Source of the DNA: Candidatus Multivoradales bacterium
GTDB taxonomy: Bacteria > Acidobacteriota > Thermoanaerobaculia > Multivoradales > JAHEKO01
Assembly (NCBI GenBank): GCA_965223855.1
Contig: CBDCXM010000009.1
Span: 2,336,001 to 2,400,000, forward strand
Reading direction: 5' to 3'
DNA length: 64,000 bases
Within the stretch, counting starts at the first letter, position 1. Every line of letters starts with the position of its first letter. Below are positions 48,401 through 57,048 of this stretch, one piece after another. The notes below the pieces were generated by a model. That model was not told the origin of the DNA and searched no databases. It saw only the letters and a list, made by a program, of their open reading frames with translations. Made by a program: the position numbers and the translations under genes.

Positions 48401-50173
48401 CTAGAAGCTCCAGAATCGGGGGATGAAGATCACCGACATGATCCAGAAGAGGATGCTGAGCGGGATCCCGGTGCGCAGGAAATCGGTGTACTTGTAGCCG
48501 CCGGCGTTGTAGATCATCGTGTTGGTCTGGTAGCCGACCGGGGTGGAAAAGCCGGTCGAGGCGGCGAAGGTGATCGCCATCAGGAACGGTCTCGGATCGA
48601 CGCCGATCTGCTCGGCGGTCGAGATCGCGATCGGTGCCAGCAGGACGGCCGCCGCGTTGTTGCTCATCGTGTCGGTCATGACCGAGGTCATCAGGTAGAC
48701 GACGGCGAGCACCGCGACCGGCCCGAACTCGCCGACCGAGGCGACCGCCTTGCCGGCGATCAGGCCGGCGGCGCCGCTCTTCTGCATGGCGATGCCGAGC
48801 GGCAGGATGCCGCCCAGCAGAAAGATCACCTGCCAGTTGATGGCATGGTAGGCCTCCTCGAGCCGCAGGCAGCGGGTGAGCACGAGTGCCAGGCAGCCGA
48901 GGATGGCGGTGACGAGGATCGGCAGCACCCCGAAGGCGGCGAGACCGACGACGGCGGCGAGGATGCCGAGCACCAGTGGCGCCTTGTGTCGCAGCGCCAC
49001 CCCCGGCACCTCGTCGAGGACGATGAAGTCGGAGTCGTTGCGCAGCTGCCGGATCTGCTCCTCGTGGGCCTGAATCAGGAGCGCGTCGCCGAGGCGGAAG
49101 GAGATCGAGTTGAGCTTTTCCTGGATCGCCTCGCCGCTGCGCTGCACCGCCAGAACGAGCGCCTTGTAGCGGTTGCGGAAGTCGATCTCCTTGAGGGTGT
49201 TGCCGATCAGGTCGGAGCCGGGAGCGACGAGCGCCTGCACGAGCCGCAGGTCCTCGGTCTGAAGGGTCTCGTCGCGGAGCTTGAAATCGGCGTTGAGCTC
49301 GAGCCGGGCCGAGTCCCGCAGTCGCAGCAGTTCTTCGATCTTGCCGCGGACGAGCAGCACGTCGCCGGAGCCGACCGCCTGGCGCAGGGGCGCCCACACG
49401 GCCTCGGTCGTCTGCCGCAGTCGCAGCACGGTGACGTCGTGGTCCTGGCCCAGACGGCTGTCGAGCACCGACTTGCCGATCAGCGGCGAAGTTTCCGACA
49501 CTCGCAGCTCGGTGATGTATTCGCCGAGCTGGAAGGTGACGGCCAGCTCCTGCGCCATCCGCTCGGGCAGCAGCCAGCGGCCGAAGAGGAGGAAGAAGAG
49601 CACCCCGGTGACGAACAGGATCAGCCCCATCCGGCTGAACTCGAACATCGAGAAGGCGCCGTAGCCGGCCTCGTCGGAGATCGAGCTGACCAGCAGGTTG
49701 GTCGAGGTGCCGACGAGGGTGCAGACGCCGCCGAACTGCGAGGCGTACGACAACGGGATCAGCAGCCGCGAGGCGGCGATCTTGCGGCGGTTGGCGACCA
49801 CCATCACCAGCGGGATGAAGACCGCCACCGCCGCGGTGTTGTTGACGAACGCCGAGATCACGGTGATCGTGCCCATGATCACGACCAGGGCGGTGAAGTA
49901 GTTGCGGCCGAACCGCACCATCAGCTGACCGATCGCCGCCGTCGCTCCGGTTTTCTGGAGGCCAGCGCTCAAGACGAACATCGCCGCCACCGTGACCGTC
50001 GCCGGGTTGCTGAAACCGGAGATCCCCTCCTGGGGTGTGACCAGACCGAAGAGCAGCAGCACGCCGAGCACGAGGAGTGCCACGAAGTCGATCGGGTACT
50101 TCTCGGAGATGAAGAGCGCGACCGCTCCGACGAGGATCGTCAGGACCAGGACCGATTCGACTCCCACGGGCAC
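48401..50173 (-). CDS. SLC13/DASS family permease with two TrkA-C domains
   Basis: SAFVNNT, GTSTNL, MSNNA, TPVGYQTN..GGY. Confidence 0.92.
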   Translation of the reverse strand: MPVGVESVLVLTILVGAVALFISEKYPIDFVALLVLGVLLLFGLVTPQEGISGFSNPATVTVAAMFVLSAGLQKTGATAAIGQLMVRFGRNYFTALVVIMGTITVISAFVNNTAAVAVFIPLVMVVANRRKIAASRLLIPLSYASQFGGVCTLVGTSTNLLVSSISDEAGYGAFSMFEFSRMGLILFVTGVLFFLLFGRWLLPERMAQELAVTFQLGEYITELRVSETSPLIGKSVLDSRLGQDHDVTVLRLRQTTEAVWAPLRQAVGSGDVLLVRGKIEELLRLRDSARLELNADFKLRDETLQTEDLRLVQALVAPGSDLIGNTLKEIDFRNRYKALVLAVQRSGEAIQEKLNSISFRLGDALLIQAHEEQIRQLRNDSDFIVLDEVPGVALRHKAPLVLGILAAVVGLAAFGVLPILVTAILGCLALVLTRCLRLEEAYHAINWQVIFLLGGILPLGIAMQKSGAAGLIAGKAVASVGEFGPVAVLAVVYLMTSVMTDTMSNNAAAVLLAPIAISTAEQIGVDPRPFLMAITFAASTGFSTPVGYQTNTMIYNAGGYKYTDFLRTGIPLSILFWIMSVIFIPRFWSF

Positions 50174-50293
50174 TCCCTCCAGGATCTCGGCGACGACACA
50201 GTCGCCGCAAGTCGCGTATCGACTAGGCGTGCATTCTAGTCGCCGCGGCTTCCGAGCGACGCGGCGAGGAGACTCTCGCGGCGCCTTCGGTCC

Positions 50294-50905
50294 CTAGCAG
50301 TCGCAGTCGTTGCGCTCGAAGTCGCGCGCCCGGCCTTCTGCGTCCACCTCGACGCGGCAGCAGCGCTCGAGGTCCTCGGCCAGCATCCGGCGGGCGCGCT
50401 GGACCCGCGACTTGGCTCCCGAAAGCGACAGACCGAGTTGATCCGCGACCTCTCGTTGGGGGCGGCCTTCGAAATCGGCCATCAGGAGGGCGTCGCGGTA
50501 CTTCTCGGGCAACTCCTCGGCGATCGGGCGCAGCCACGAGACGACCTCCTCGTGCACGCTGTGATCGCCGTCGAAGGTGGCGAAGCCGGGATCGTCGCCG
50601 TGGCCGGGGTCGGCGAGGGTGTCGGGGTCGACCTGGGTACCCACGTCGGTGGGTTTGCGGCTGCGGTAGTAGTCCGCCACCGTGCGGCGGGCGATGCCGA
50701 ACACCCAGGCCTGGGTGCGCTCGAGGTCTCGCAGGGTGGCGAAGCTCTGGTGAATGCGCAGCAGAGCGTCCTGCGCGACGTCGTCGGCATCGGCGGCCGG
50801 CACGCGGCCGGCGATGAAGCGGCGCAGGCCGTCGATGAACGGCTGCCAGCGAGGGGTGCGCGGTGCGCCCCCCGCCGGCAGCGACTCGGGTGCGTGCGGA
50901 GACAT
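50294..50905 (-). CDS. sigZ: ECF sigma factor, SigZ-like, with Cys-rich C-terminus
   Basis: DADDVAQDALLR, WVFGIARR, LGLSLSGAKSRVQRAR, ERCC...DCDC. Confidence 0.8.
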   Translation of the reverse strand: MSPHAPESLPAGGAPRTPRWQPFIDGLRRFIAGRVPAADADDVAQDALLRIHQSFATLRDLERTQAWVFGIARRTVADYYRSRKPTDVGTQVDPDTLADPGHGDDPGFATFDGDHSVHEEVVSWLRPIAEELPEKYRDALLMADFEGRPQREVADQLGLSLSGAKSRVQRARRMLAEDLERCCRVEVDAEGRARDFERNDCDC

Positions 50906-50943
50906 CGGGTCGATCCTAGCGACTGAAGGCCTCACCGGCCCGT

Positions 50944-51450
50944 TCAGCTCGCCACGGGGGCGCAGCAGTCGGGCTCGCAGCACGCCGCCCCGGAGTCCTG
51001 TGCCTCGCGGGAGGCGGTCGCCTCGCTTGCCGAGCAGCAATCCGCGCTGCTGGCGTCGCGGTCGCCATGGAAGGTGCCGGCCTCCGCCGTCGTGTGGAAC
51101 GCCTCCCAGCTCACCCCCTGGCCGTCCTCGACCCAGGTCTTGTCCGACTCGTGGTAGCAGCAGGTCACTTCGCCTTCCTCCTCGACCTTGCCGCGGGTCA
51201 CCGCGATGCGCTCGCGCAGCTCGGTCAACTCCGCCGCCGTCTCCGCCTGGATGCCGAGGTGCTCGATCCCGAACTCCCCCTTGCCGCGGGCGCGGCCATC
51301 GACGATCGAGAAGTTGACGCGAGGATCCTCCACCATCCACTTGGCGTAGTCGTCACGCTCGACGCTGGGCTGCTGGGCGAAGAGGGTCGAGTAGAACTGC
51401 TTCGAGGCGTCGAGGTCGTCGACGATCAGGCTGACGTGAAGTCGTTTCAT
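50944..51450 (-). CDS. arsI: ArsI/CadI family glyoxalase-fold metalloenzyme
   Basis: MKRLHVSL, FYSTLF, DYAKW.VEDPRVNF, HLGIQ, TCCYHESDKTW, WEAF; Cys-pair tail. Confidence 0.8.
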   Translation of the reverse strand: MKRLHVSLIVDDLDASKQFYSTLFAQQPSVERDDYAKWMVEDPRVNFSIVDGRARGKGEFGIEHLGIQAETAAELTELRERIAVTRGKVEEEGEVTCCYHESDKTWVEDGQGVSWEAFHTTAEAGTFHGDRDASSADCCSASEATASREAQDSGAACCEPDCCAPVAS

Positions 51451-51498
51451 GGTTCGTTCTCCAGGTTCGAGGACGGCGGCATGCCGCTCTCATCCTGG

Positions 51499-51526
51499 TA
51501 GTCGGAGCGCGGGCGAAAAGGACGCA
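51499..51526 (-). promoter_or_regulatory. Candidate ECF (SigZ) promoter
   Basis: Minus strand TGCGTC-N16-CGACTA with a T-tract after the -35, upstream of arsI-sigZ. Confidence 0.4.
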
Positions 51527-51611
51527 AGGACACCGACATCCGGCGTTGTGAGTCCGTTGCCGGTCGGGGCGGCGGCTCGGGAGAGAGCACCCAGGGTGCG
51601 GCCCGGGGCGT

Positions 51612-52976
51612 CTAAGGAACCGTCGTCGACCAGGCGGAGGTATCGCCCGACTCGAAGCCGTCGGAGAAGAGATCGATCGAGAACTTCTGACCCAGGATGT
51701 CGATCCAGTCCTTGCCGAACCCTTTCCAGAAGACGTGGAACTCCTTGTCCCCGGTCGCGAGAACGACCCCTACGTTCTGGTGGCCCGCGGTTCGGGTATT
51801 GACCTGAAATGGGTGTCCCAGGGGGGACCAGTCCGGGCGCAGCCTGTGGGCGACGGCGGCCCTGTCATCGTCGTCGTCGCCGGGTGACCAGTAGCCGCTC
51901 CAGACCACGACATGGCTGCCGTCCTCCAACGTCGCCAGGCTCCAGATGGAGGCGTTCTCGGTGACCAGGAACTCATCGCCGACAGGATCTCCGTCGGCGT
52001 CGTAGGTGCGGGCCGTGAGACCGCCGTGCCTCCAGGCCGCGGTGAATCCTCCCTCGTCATCGAACGTGACGAGCGCGTGAGGGAAGGAGGAGGGGGTCTG
52101 GCTGAGAAAGAACTCGCTGCTCAGGGCCGAACCGTCGTGGGCGTACCTGCGGGCAACGACGTGGTGATCGGTGCTGTTCACGATCTGTGTCCCCCAGGTC
52201 ACGATGAAGTTGTCGCTCCCATCGACGGCGACTCTGGGATTGCGCTGATCGAGCTCAGTCACCTCGTTGACCTGGAACTGCTCCCCTGAGGGGGTTCCAT
52301 CCGGGGCGAAACGACGTCCCTGGATGCTGTATCCCGAGTCGTCGTCGCCGACGGATAACGTTGCGCTCCAGACGACCACGAAACCGCCGGCCGAGTCGGT
52401 GGCGACGTGGGCGACAGCCTGGCGGTCGCCGATGCGCTGGCTCGCGACCTGCTCCTCCCCGAGCGGCAGACCCTCGGCTGAGAACCTGCTCGCATAGACG
52501 GCGGACCCGGCATCCGTGAAGTCGCAACCTCCCTCGCCGCCTTCGTAGGCCACGACGAAGCCGCCGGTCGGCAGGCTTGCTGCGCTCGGACGACACCGCC
52601 GCGAGCCCGACGGCTCCGCGATAGGGAAGTCGTCTCCGTTCGGGGTTCCCGCCTCGTCGAAGAGGCGCGCCCTGAGGCTGCCGGATGAAGTGTCCTGCCA
52701 AACCACCACGAAGCCTTCGGCAATCGTCGTTGCAGTCGGGTAGTTCTGCGTGCCCGCGAGGGTGGTCGGGACCACGAACTCTTCGCCGACCCGGGGCCCG
52801 GTCGCGTCGCCCGCCACGGCGGCAAGCGGCACGGCAAGGAAGATCGCCACGAGCACTCCTGCTCGTGAGGCTCTCCTCCCCCTTGCAGGTCCTCGACTGG
52901 AGTTTCGACAGCACGATTCGGCCGCCCTGCTGAATCGGCCGGCACTCGGGCTCGCTGCACTCAGGTTCGCTCTCAC
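51612..52976 (-). CDS. Secreted repeat (propeller-like) protein with C-terminal FSDGFESGDTSAWS tail
   Basis: Repeats G.F.VVW...RRF..DG.P.G.EF.VN; ends DLFSDGFESGDTSAWSTTVP; start 52976 (GGAGG RBS) or ~52850. Confidence 0.8.
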   Translation of the reverse strand: MRANLSAASPSAGRFSRAAESCCRNSSRGPARGRRASRAGVLVAIFLAVPLAAVAGDATGPRVGEEFVVPTTLAGTQNYPTATTIAEGFVVVWQDTSSGSLRARLFDEAGTPNGDDFPIAEPSGSRRCRPSAASLPTGGFVVAYEGGEGGCDFTDAGSAVYASRFSAEGLPLGEEQVASQRIGDRQAVAHVATDSAGGFVVVWSATLSVGDDDSGYSIQGRRFAPDGTPSGEQFQVNEVTELDQRNPRVAVDGSDNFIVTWGTQIVNSTDHHVVARRYAHDGSALSSEFFLSQTPSSFPHALVTFDDEGGFTAAWRHGGLTARTYDADGDPVGDEFLVTENASIWSLATLEDGSHVVVWSGYWSPGDDDDDRAAVAHRLRPDWSPLGHPFQVNTRTAGHQNVGVVLATGDKEFHVFWKGFGKDWIDILGQKFSIDLFSDGFESGDTSAWSTTVP

Positions 52977-53074
52977 GGTCTGGCCTCCACTCTAGACGCG
53001 CGATTCCCGGTCGAAGTCCGTCACGGTCTCGAGGGAAAGCCTCGCTCGCACCCGCCCATCGGCGCTTCGAGGCT

Positions 53075-54295
53075 TCAGTCCGGTTCGCCGTCGCATCCGA
53101 GCTCGGTGTAGAAGAACATGCACTGACCTTCGGGAAAGTCGTCGGACGGGAAGGTGGTAGGCGCTGCAAGGCCGCCGGTGGGAGTGAGGTTGCCGGCGGA
53201 ATCGGTGTTGAAGATCGCCGCCCTTGGTCGCACCGCGCTCGTTCCCTCGGCCGCCATGGCCTCGCTGTCGACCCAGAAGTGGAGGTCCCAGACCCGTGGG
53301 TGGTAGCGGTCAGGCGACGCGCACATCAGATTCGCGTCCGGGCAGGCGATCGGCGGCGGGTCGAGGGCCGCGCCCGGCGTCGGATCGAGCAGCATCCCTC
53401 CGTCGCCGGTGTGCCATCCGGCTTCGTGCAGGAACCAGTAGTGGTGGGGGATGCACCCTCGCACCGGCCGCGGCACATCGGGGTCGAATGCGAACGACCC
53501 GTAGGCCCAGCCGACGAACTCGTAGGGCTCGTCGGCACAGCTGTCGCACGGCTGGCAGACGCACGGGGGCAGCACCTGGCCCAGTGCACAGGTCGCGGCG
53601 CAGCTCGTGTTGTCGAGCAGGTCGCTGCCGGGAGCGGCCCTGAACATCAGGAGCTCCGGCGTTCCGACCTGGAAGACCGGATTCGGATGGACGAAGCTCA
53701 CGCCCATGCCGTTGATCGTCGCGTAGCCGTGGTTGTTGAGAATGTAGCCCTCCGCGAAGATCTCGCCGAGGGTGGTGATGCCGCCGAAGCGGTCGAAGAC
53801 CGTCTGGTGCATCGCCCGCAGGTAGCTGTCGACATCGGAGGTGCACGTGTCGGAGTCGACGTGGAAGGCGGCGATCTCCGTTGCACCGAGTTCCGTCTGC
53901 TCTCCACCGATCTCCGCGCCGGCCGACCAGCGGAAGCGGATCTCCTGGTTGGGGTGGAACGGCGCCGCCGTCCCGGCGTCGGCCGTGAAGACGAGGGGGT
54001 CGGAGTCCGAACGGCTCGCTGGCACCGAAAAGGACTCGTTGTGCTCGAGCGGACCCACTTTGAGGATCTCGACGACCACGGCGACGTTGTCTGCCACTGC
54101 GTCCCCCGACCCGGCCCTGGTGACGGTTGCGCTCAGAGTGTGCGGCGGTTCGGCGCTCCAACTCGGAGGCGCCGCTTCGATGACCGCGGGGATGTCGGCC
54201 AGCGGACCCAGGTCGTTGCCGCCGCACGAGGGGAGCAGGGTAGTGAGAAGCAGCGCGGCGAGGACGGGTAAAGCACGACTGGGTCTCCAGGACAT
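53075..54295 (-). CDS. Cys/His-rich lipoprotein of unknown function
   Basis: Lipobox LLPSC; RBS GGAGG; MGVSF..PELLMF, CAATC..CVCQPCDSC, HHYWFLHEAGWH, WDLHFW. Confidence 0.75.
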   Translation of the reverse strand: MSWRPSRALPVLAALLLTTLLPSCGGNDLGPLADIPAVIEAAPPSWSAEPPHTLSATVTRAGSGDAVADNVAVVVEILKVGPLEHNESFSVPASRSDSDPLVFTADAGTAAPFHPNQEIRFRWSAGAEIGGEQTELGATEIAAFHVDSDTCTSDVDSYLRAMHQTVFDRFGGITTLGEIFAEGYILNNHGYATINGMGVSFVHPNPVFQVGTPELLMFRAAPGSDLLDNTSCAATCALGQVLPPCVCQPCDSCADEPYEFVGWAYGSFAFDPDVPRPVRGCIPHHYWFLHEAGWHTGDGGMLLDPTPGAALDPPPIACPDANLMCASPDRYHPRVWDLHFWVDSEAMAAEGTSAVRPRAAIFNTDSAGNLTPTGGLAAPTTFPSDDFPEGQCMFFYTELGCDGEPD

Positions 54296-54416
54296 GTTCG
54301 GCCTCCGATGGGCTGAGAGCGTGAAGAGTCTGGATCGGCGATTTTCAGGAGCGGGTCTGGACTTTCTCGACTATCAAGTCACGGGAGAGCCGCCCGGGCT
54401 CTCAGCGCCGGCGCCG

Positions 54417-55268
54417 TCAGCCGCCGCCCGAGCGTCGGCTCGGGCTCCCTCCCACGGTGGGCGCACCACTGACGGCGACAGCCAGATTCGCGGCCTGGAG
54501 AGACGGTCGCTCGCCCAGCGGGCCCCACAGGCCCCGGCGCTCGGCAATGGCGAGGTCTTCGAGACTGCGGTAGTAGGCCTGCCGGCTGCAGGTACCGGCC
54601 CGAAGGATGCCGAAGCCGCTTTTGATCACCCGGGCGGTGTAGTCGCGTCCACCGGCCAGGGTGACGGAGACGATGCGGTGACCCTCGCTGTCGCGCAACG
54701 GCGGGTCCTGTTCGGCGAGGCAAAGCTCGGACCCGGGCGTGAGCTCCACCTGAATCGCGCCTAGGGTCGTGCGCCCGAACCAGCCGAGCTGGGGATAGCG
54801 GTGCTCTGTGTCGGGGGCGTCGAGGCAGGAGACGTGCACGGTCTCCGTTTCCAAGTCGGCCTGACCGTCTGCCGACGCCTCTCCAGGCAGGCGGATCTCC
54901 AGGGTTTCGCTGTTCACCAGCCTCACCAGCTGCGCCTGCGCGCACTCCTGAGCGTGCTCAGGGTCCTGCGCGGGCACTTCGGGCCGCGGCGGCAGTTGCC
55001 GTCGCCCGTTCAGGTGCCAGGTGAGGATCGCGCTCGCGGCGAGGTCGACTTCGTGCAGCGGCACCGAGACCAGTGCTCCTCCGCGCTGCTCGAAGAGGAT
55101 CTGCCCCCGGCGCTCGACCCATCCGCCGTCGATCGTCTGCAGGCCGCCGCCGACGTAGACCAGCCACTCGTCGGCTCGGAGAGCGGACGCTGCCGCCAGC
55201 GCCAGGGTCAGGGTCAGAACGGCGACCCCGAGCGACGGAACGGATCGCGGAAGGCGAGTTGTCGGCAT
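54417..55268 (-). CDS. Secreted thermonuclease (SNase)-like protein, degenerate active site
   Basis: CLDAPDT, IKSGFG, EDLAIAERRGLWG; signal peptide from MPTTRL. Confidence 0.75.
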   Translation of the reverse strand: MPTTRLPRSVPSLGVAVLTLTLALAAASALRADEWLVYVGGGLQTIDGGWVERRGQILFEQRGGALVSVPLHEVDLAASAILTWHLNGRRQLPPRPEVPAQDPEHAQECAQAQLVRLVNSETLEIRLPGEASADGQADLETETVHVSCLDAPDTEHRYPQLGWFGRTTLGAIQVELTPGSELCLAEQDPPLRDSEGHRIVSVTLAGGRDYTARVIKSGFGILRAGTCSRQAYYRSLEDLAIAERRGLWGPLGERPSLQAANLAVAVSGAPTVGGSPSRRSGGG

Positions 55269-55392
55269 GCTCGGATAAGGGTACACGCTCCTCCCCTCGA
55301 GTGGAGGCTCTGTAGACACCGGAGGCCCGTGCGGCAACGTCGATCACACGAGAGGCGGGAAGGAGTGGTGGCGTTGGGATACTCTCGTCGCC

Positions 55393-56373
55393 ATGTGCAC
55401 TCGCGCCCCGGTCGTCGCGCTCCTGTTGTTCGCAACGAGTGGAGCGAGCGTCGCCGAGCTGTCCTCGGAGTCGATTGTGGGAGACCGAGTCGAGCATGCG
55501 GTATGGGGTGTCGCGTTCGATGCACCGGGATATGAACTCTGGGAGCACCCGCTGAGGGGGCAGCCCAACTTCATCGCTGCAGGCAACTTGCAGGTGGATG
55601 GCTGCGAGCTCCATCTCAGCCTTTTCGCTGTCCCGGCCGGGGAGGGAACCACTCCAGACGAGTGTCGGCGGCGTCTTGCCGGCAACCCCGATACTGTGCG
55701 GTCCCAGGGCGGGGTCCTGCTCGAGGAAACGAGCGGCACCCCTGCGATGACCCGTTTCGACCGTCCGATGGAAGGCAGCCTTGTTCAGAACAAGCGCTTC
55801 GGATATTGGGTCCGTGGGCTGACCTGCTTCGAGCTTCATCAGTCCGCGATCGACTGTAGGACTTTCTCCGAACCAACCCGGGCAATTCTCGATTCGTTCG
55901 AAGTGCAGGAGCGTCCGTATGTAGACTTTCTCTCGATGTCCGCTGCGCATGCCTTGGGCAGCGGTCCGGAGGACTGGCGGGTGCATCAGCGCCTCGGCGA
56001 CACGTTCCTGCATCACTCCGAGCCGAGTGCGACGGAGGCTCGTCACTATTACGACAACGCCCTGGCGCTCGCGGGAAGCGCCTTGACGGCCGAGGACCGC
56101 TGGAAGATCCACTCGGGGATCGGCCTTGCCTGGTTGCACGAGGACGATGGTGAGCGCGCGACCACACCGCTCGAACTGGCCCTGGCGGCGACCGAGGGCT
56201 CGGGCCTCCCAGCCGAGATGCGCGAGGAGACGCTCTACAACCTGACATGCGCCCTGGCGCTCTCGGGGCGTGTCGACGAGGCCTGCGCTCGGGCGTCGAG
56301 TCTCATGAGTGGGTTGAACAGGAAGCACCGCAAGAAGAACCTCGAGGACATGCGGCGTGATCCGCAGCTGTAG
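55393..56373 (+). CDS. Secreted TPR-containing protein
   Basis: Signal peptide; TLYNLTCALALSGRVDEA TPR; TACTCT -10 7 nt before ATG. Confidence 0.75.
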   Translation: MCTRAPVVALLLFATSGASVAELSSESIVGDRVEHAVWGVAFDAPGYELWEHPLRGQPNFIAAGNLQVDGCELHLSLFAVPAGEGTTPDECRRRLAGNPDTVRSQGGVLLEETSGTPAMTRFDRPMEGSLVQNKRFGYWVRGLTCFELHQSAIDCRTFSEPTRAILDSFEVQERPYVDFLSMSAAHALGSGPEDWRVHQRLGDTFLHHSEPSATEARHYYDNALALAGSALTAEDRWKIHSGIGLAWLHEDDGERATTPLELALAATEGSGLPAEMREETLYNLTCALALSGRVDEACARASSLMSGLNRKHRKKNLEDMRRDPQL

Positions 56374-56482
56374 GCACTGCGGGCAGCGGGTTGCATCGAA
56401 GACCTCTGAGGCTGCGCTGTCGCTGGTTTGACGCCGGAGAGAACCCGACGCTCGGTCTCTCGAGTGGCAGGCTTGATGGCCG

Positions 56483-56929
56483 CTACGAGCCCGAGACAAG
56501 GACCGCTAGAAGCCAGCACCCAAGGAGCATTGCCAGGGGGACAGTGAGCACGCCGGCGGTCCAGGCAGCGAGGTAGCCGAGTGCGGGTCGCTTCACGCGT
56601 TCGAAGCTCCCGACGACCTCGGGGTCGACCTTGAATCGATAGCCCCGACGGGGCACGGTCTCGATGAAGCTCGCATCGTGGGCGTCGTCGTCCAGCGCGC
56701 GGCGGAGCTGGCGAACGATCTGATGGGTGCCCGCCTCCCAGTCCGCAAAGGTCTCGCCCCAGACTGCGTGTCTCAGCTCTTCGTGGGTGGTGAGCTGCGG
56801 ATGGCTCTCGAGGAGGCAGCGCAGGACGATCGTCGCCTGGGGGCGAAGGTGCCTCAGCTCGCCGTTGAGTCGCAGCTCCCCCGACCCTGGGTCGAACTCG
56901 AAGCTGCCGAAGCTGAGCCGGCCTTCCAT
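56483..56929 (-). CDS. CadC-like winged-helix protein with C-terminal TM
   Basis: FGSFEFD...THEELRHAVWG...LRRALDDDAHDASFIETVPRRGYRF then a TM. Confidence 0.85.
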   Translation of the reverse strand: MEGRLSFGSFEFDPGSGELRLNGELRHLRPQATIVLRCLLESHPQLTTHEELRHAVWGETFADWEAGTHQIVRQLRRALDDDAHDASFIETVPRRGYRFKVDPEVVGSFERVKRPALGYLAAWTAGVLTVPLAMLLGCWLLAVLVSGS

Positions 56930-57048
56930 GCGGTCTGAGCCCACCTTCTTCACCCGAACATCATAGGTCCTGAGGCGGATCAGGGAAACGTCAGAACCCT
57001 CGGGCGGTCGGCAGGCGTACGTTGTGGATCGAGGAGGAGCAAGTGCCG

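Noticed and set aside
48060-50239. 716-aa and 656-aa ORFs over the SLC13 gene
   Set aside because: Alternative-frame and antisense shadows, Arg/Pro/Ala-rich with no motifs
14997-50297. CTAG at many gene ends as insertion scars
   Set aside because: Expected from C-ending codons before TAG stops in a high-GC genome; not supportable without statistics
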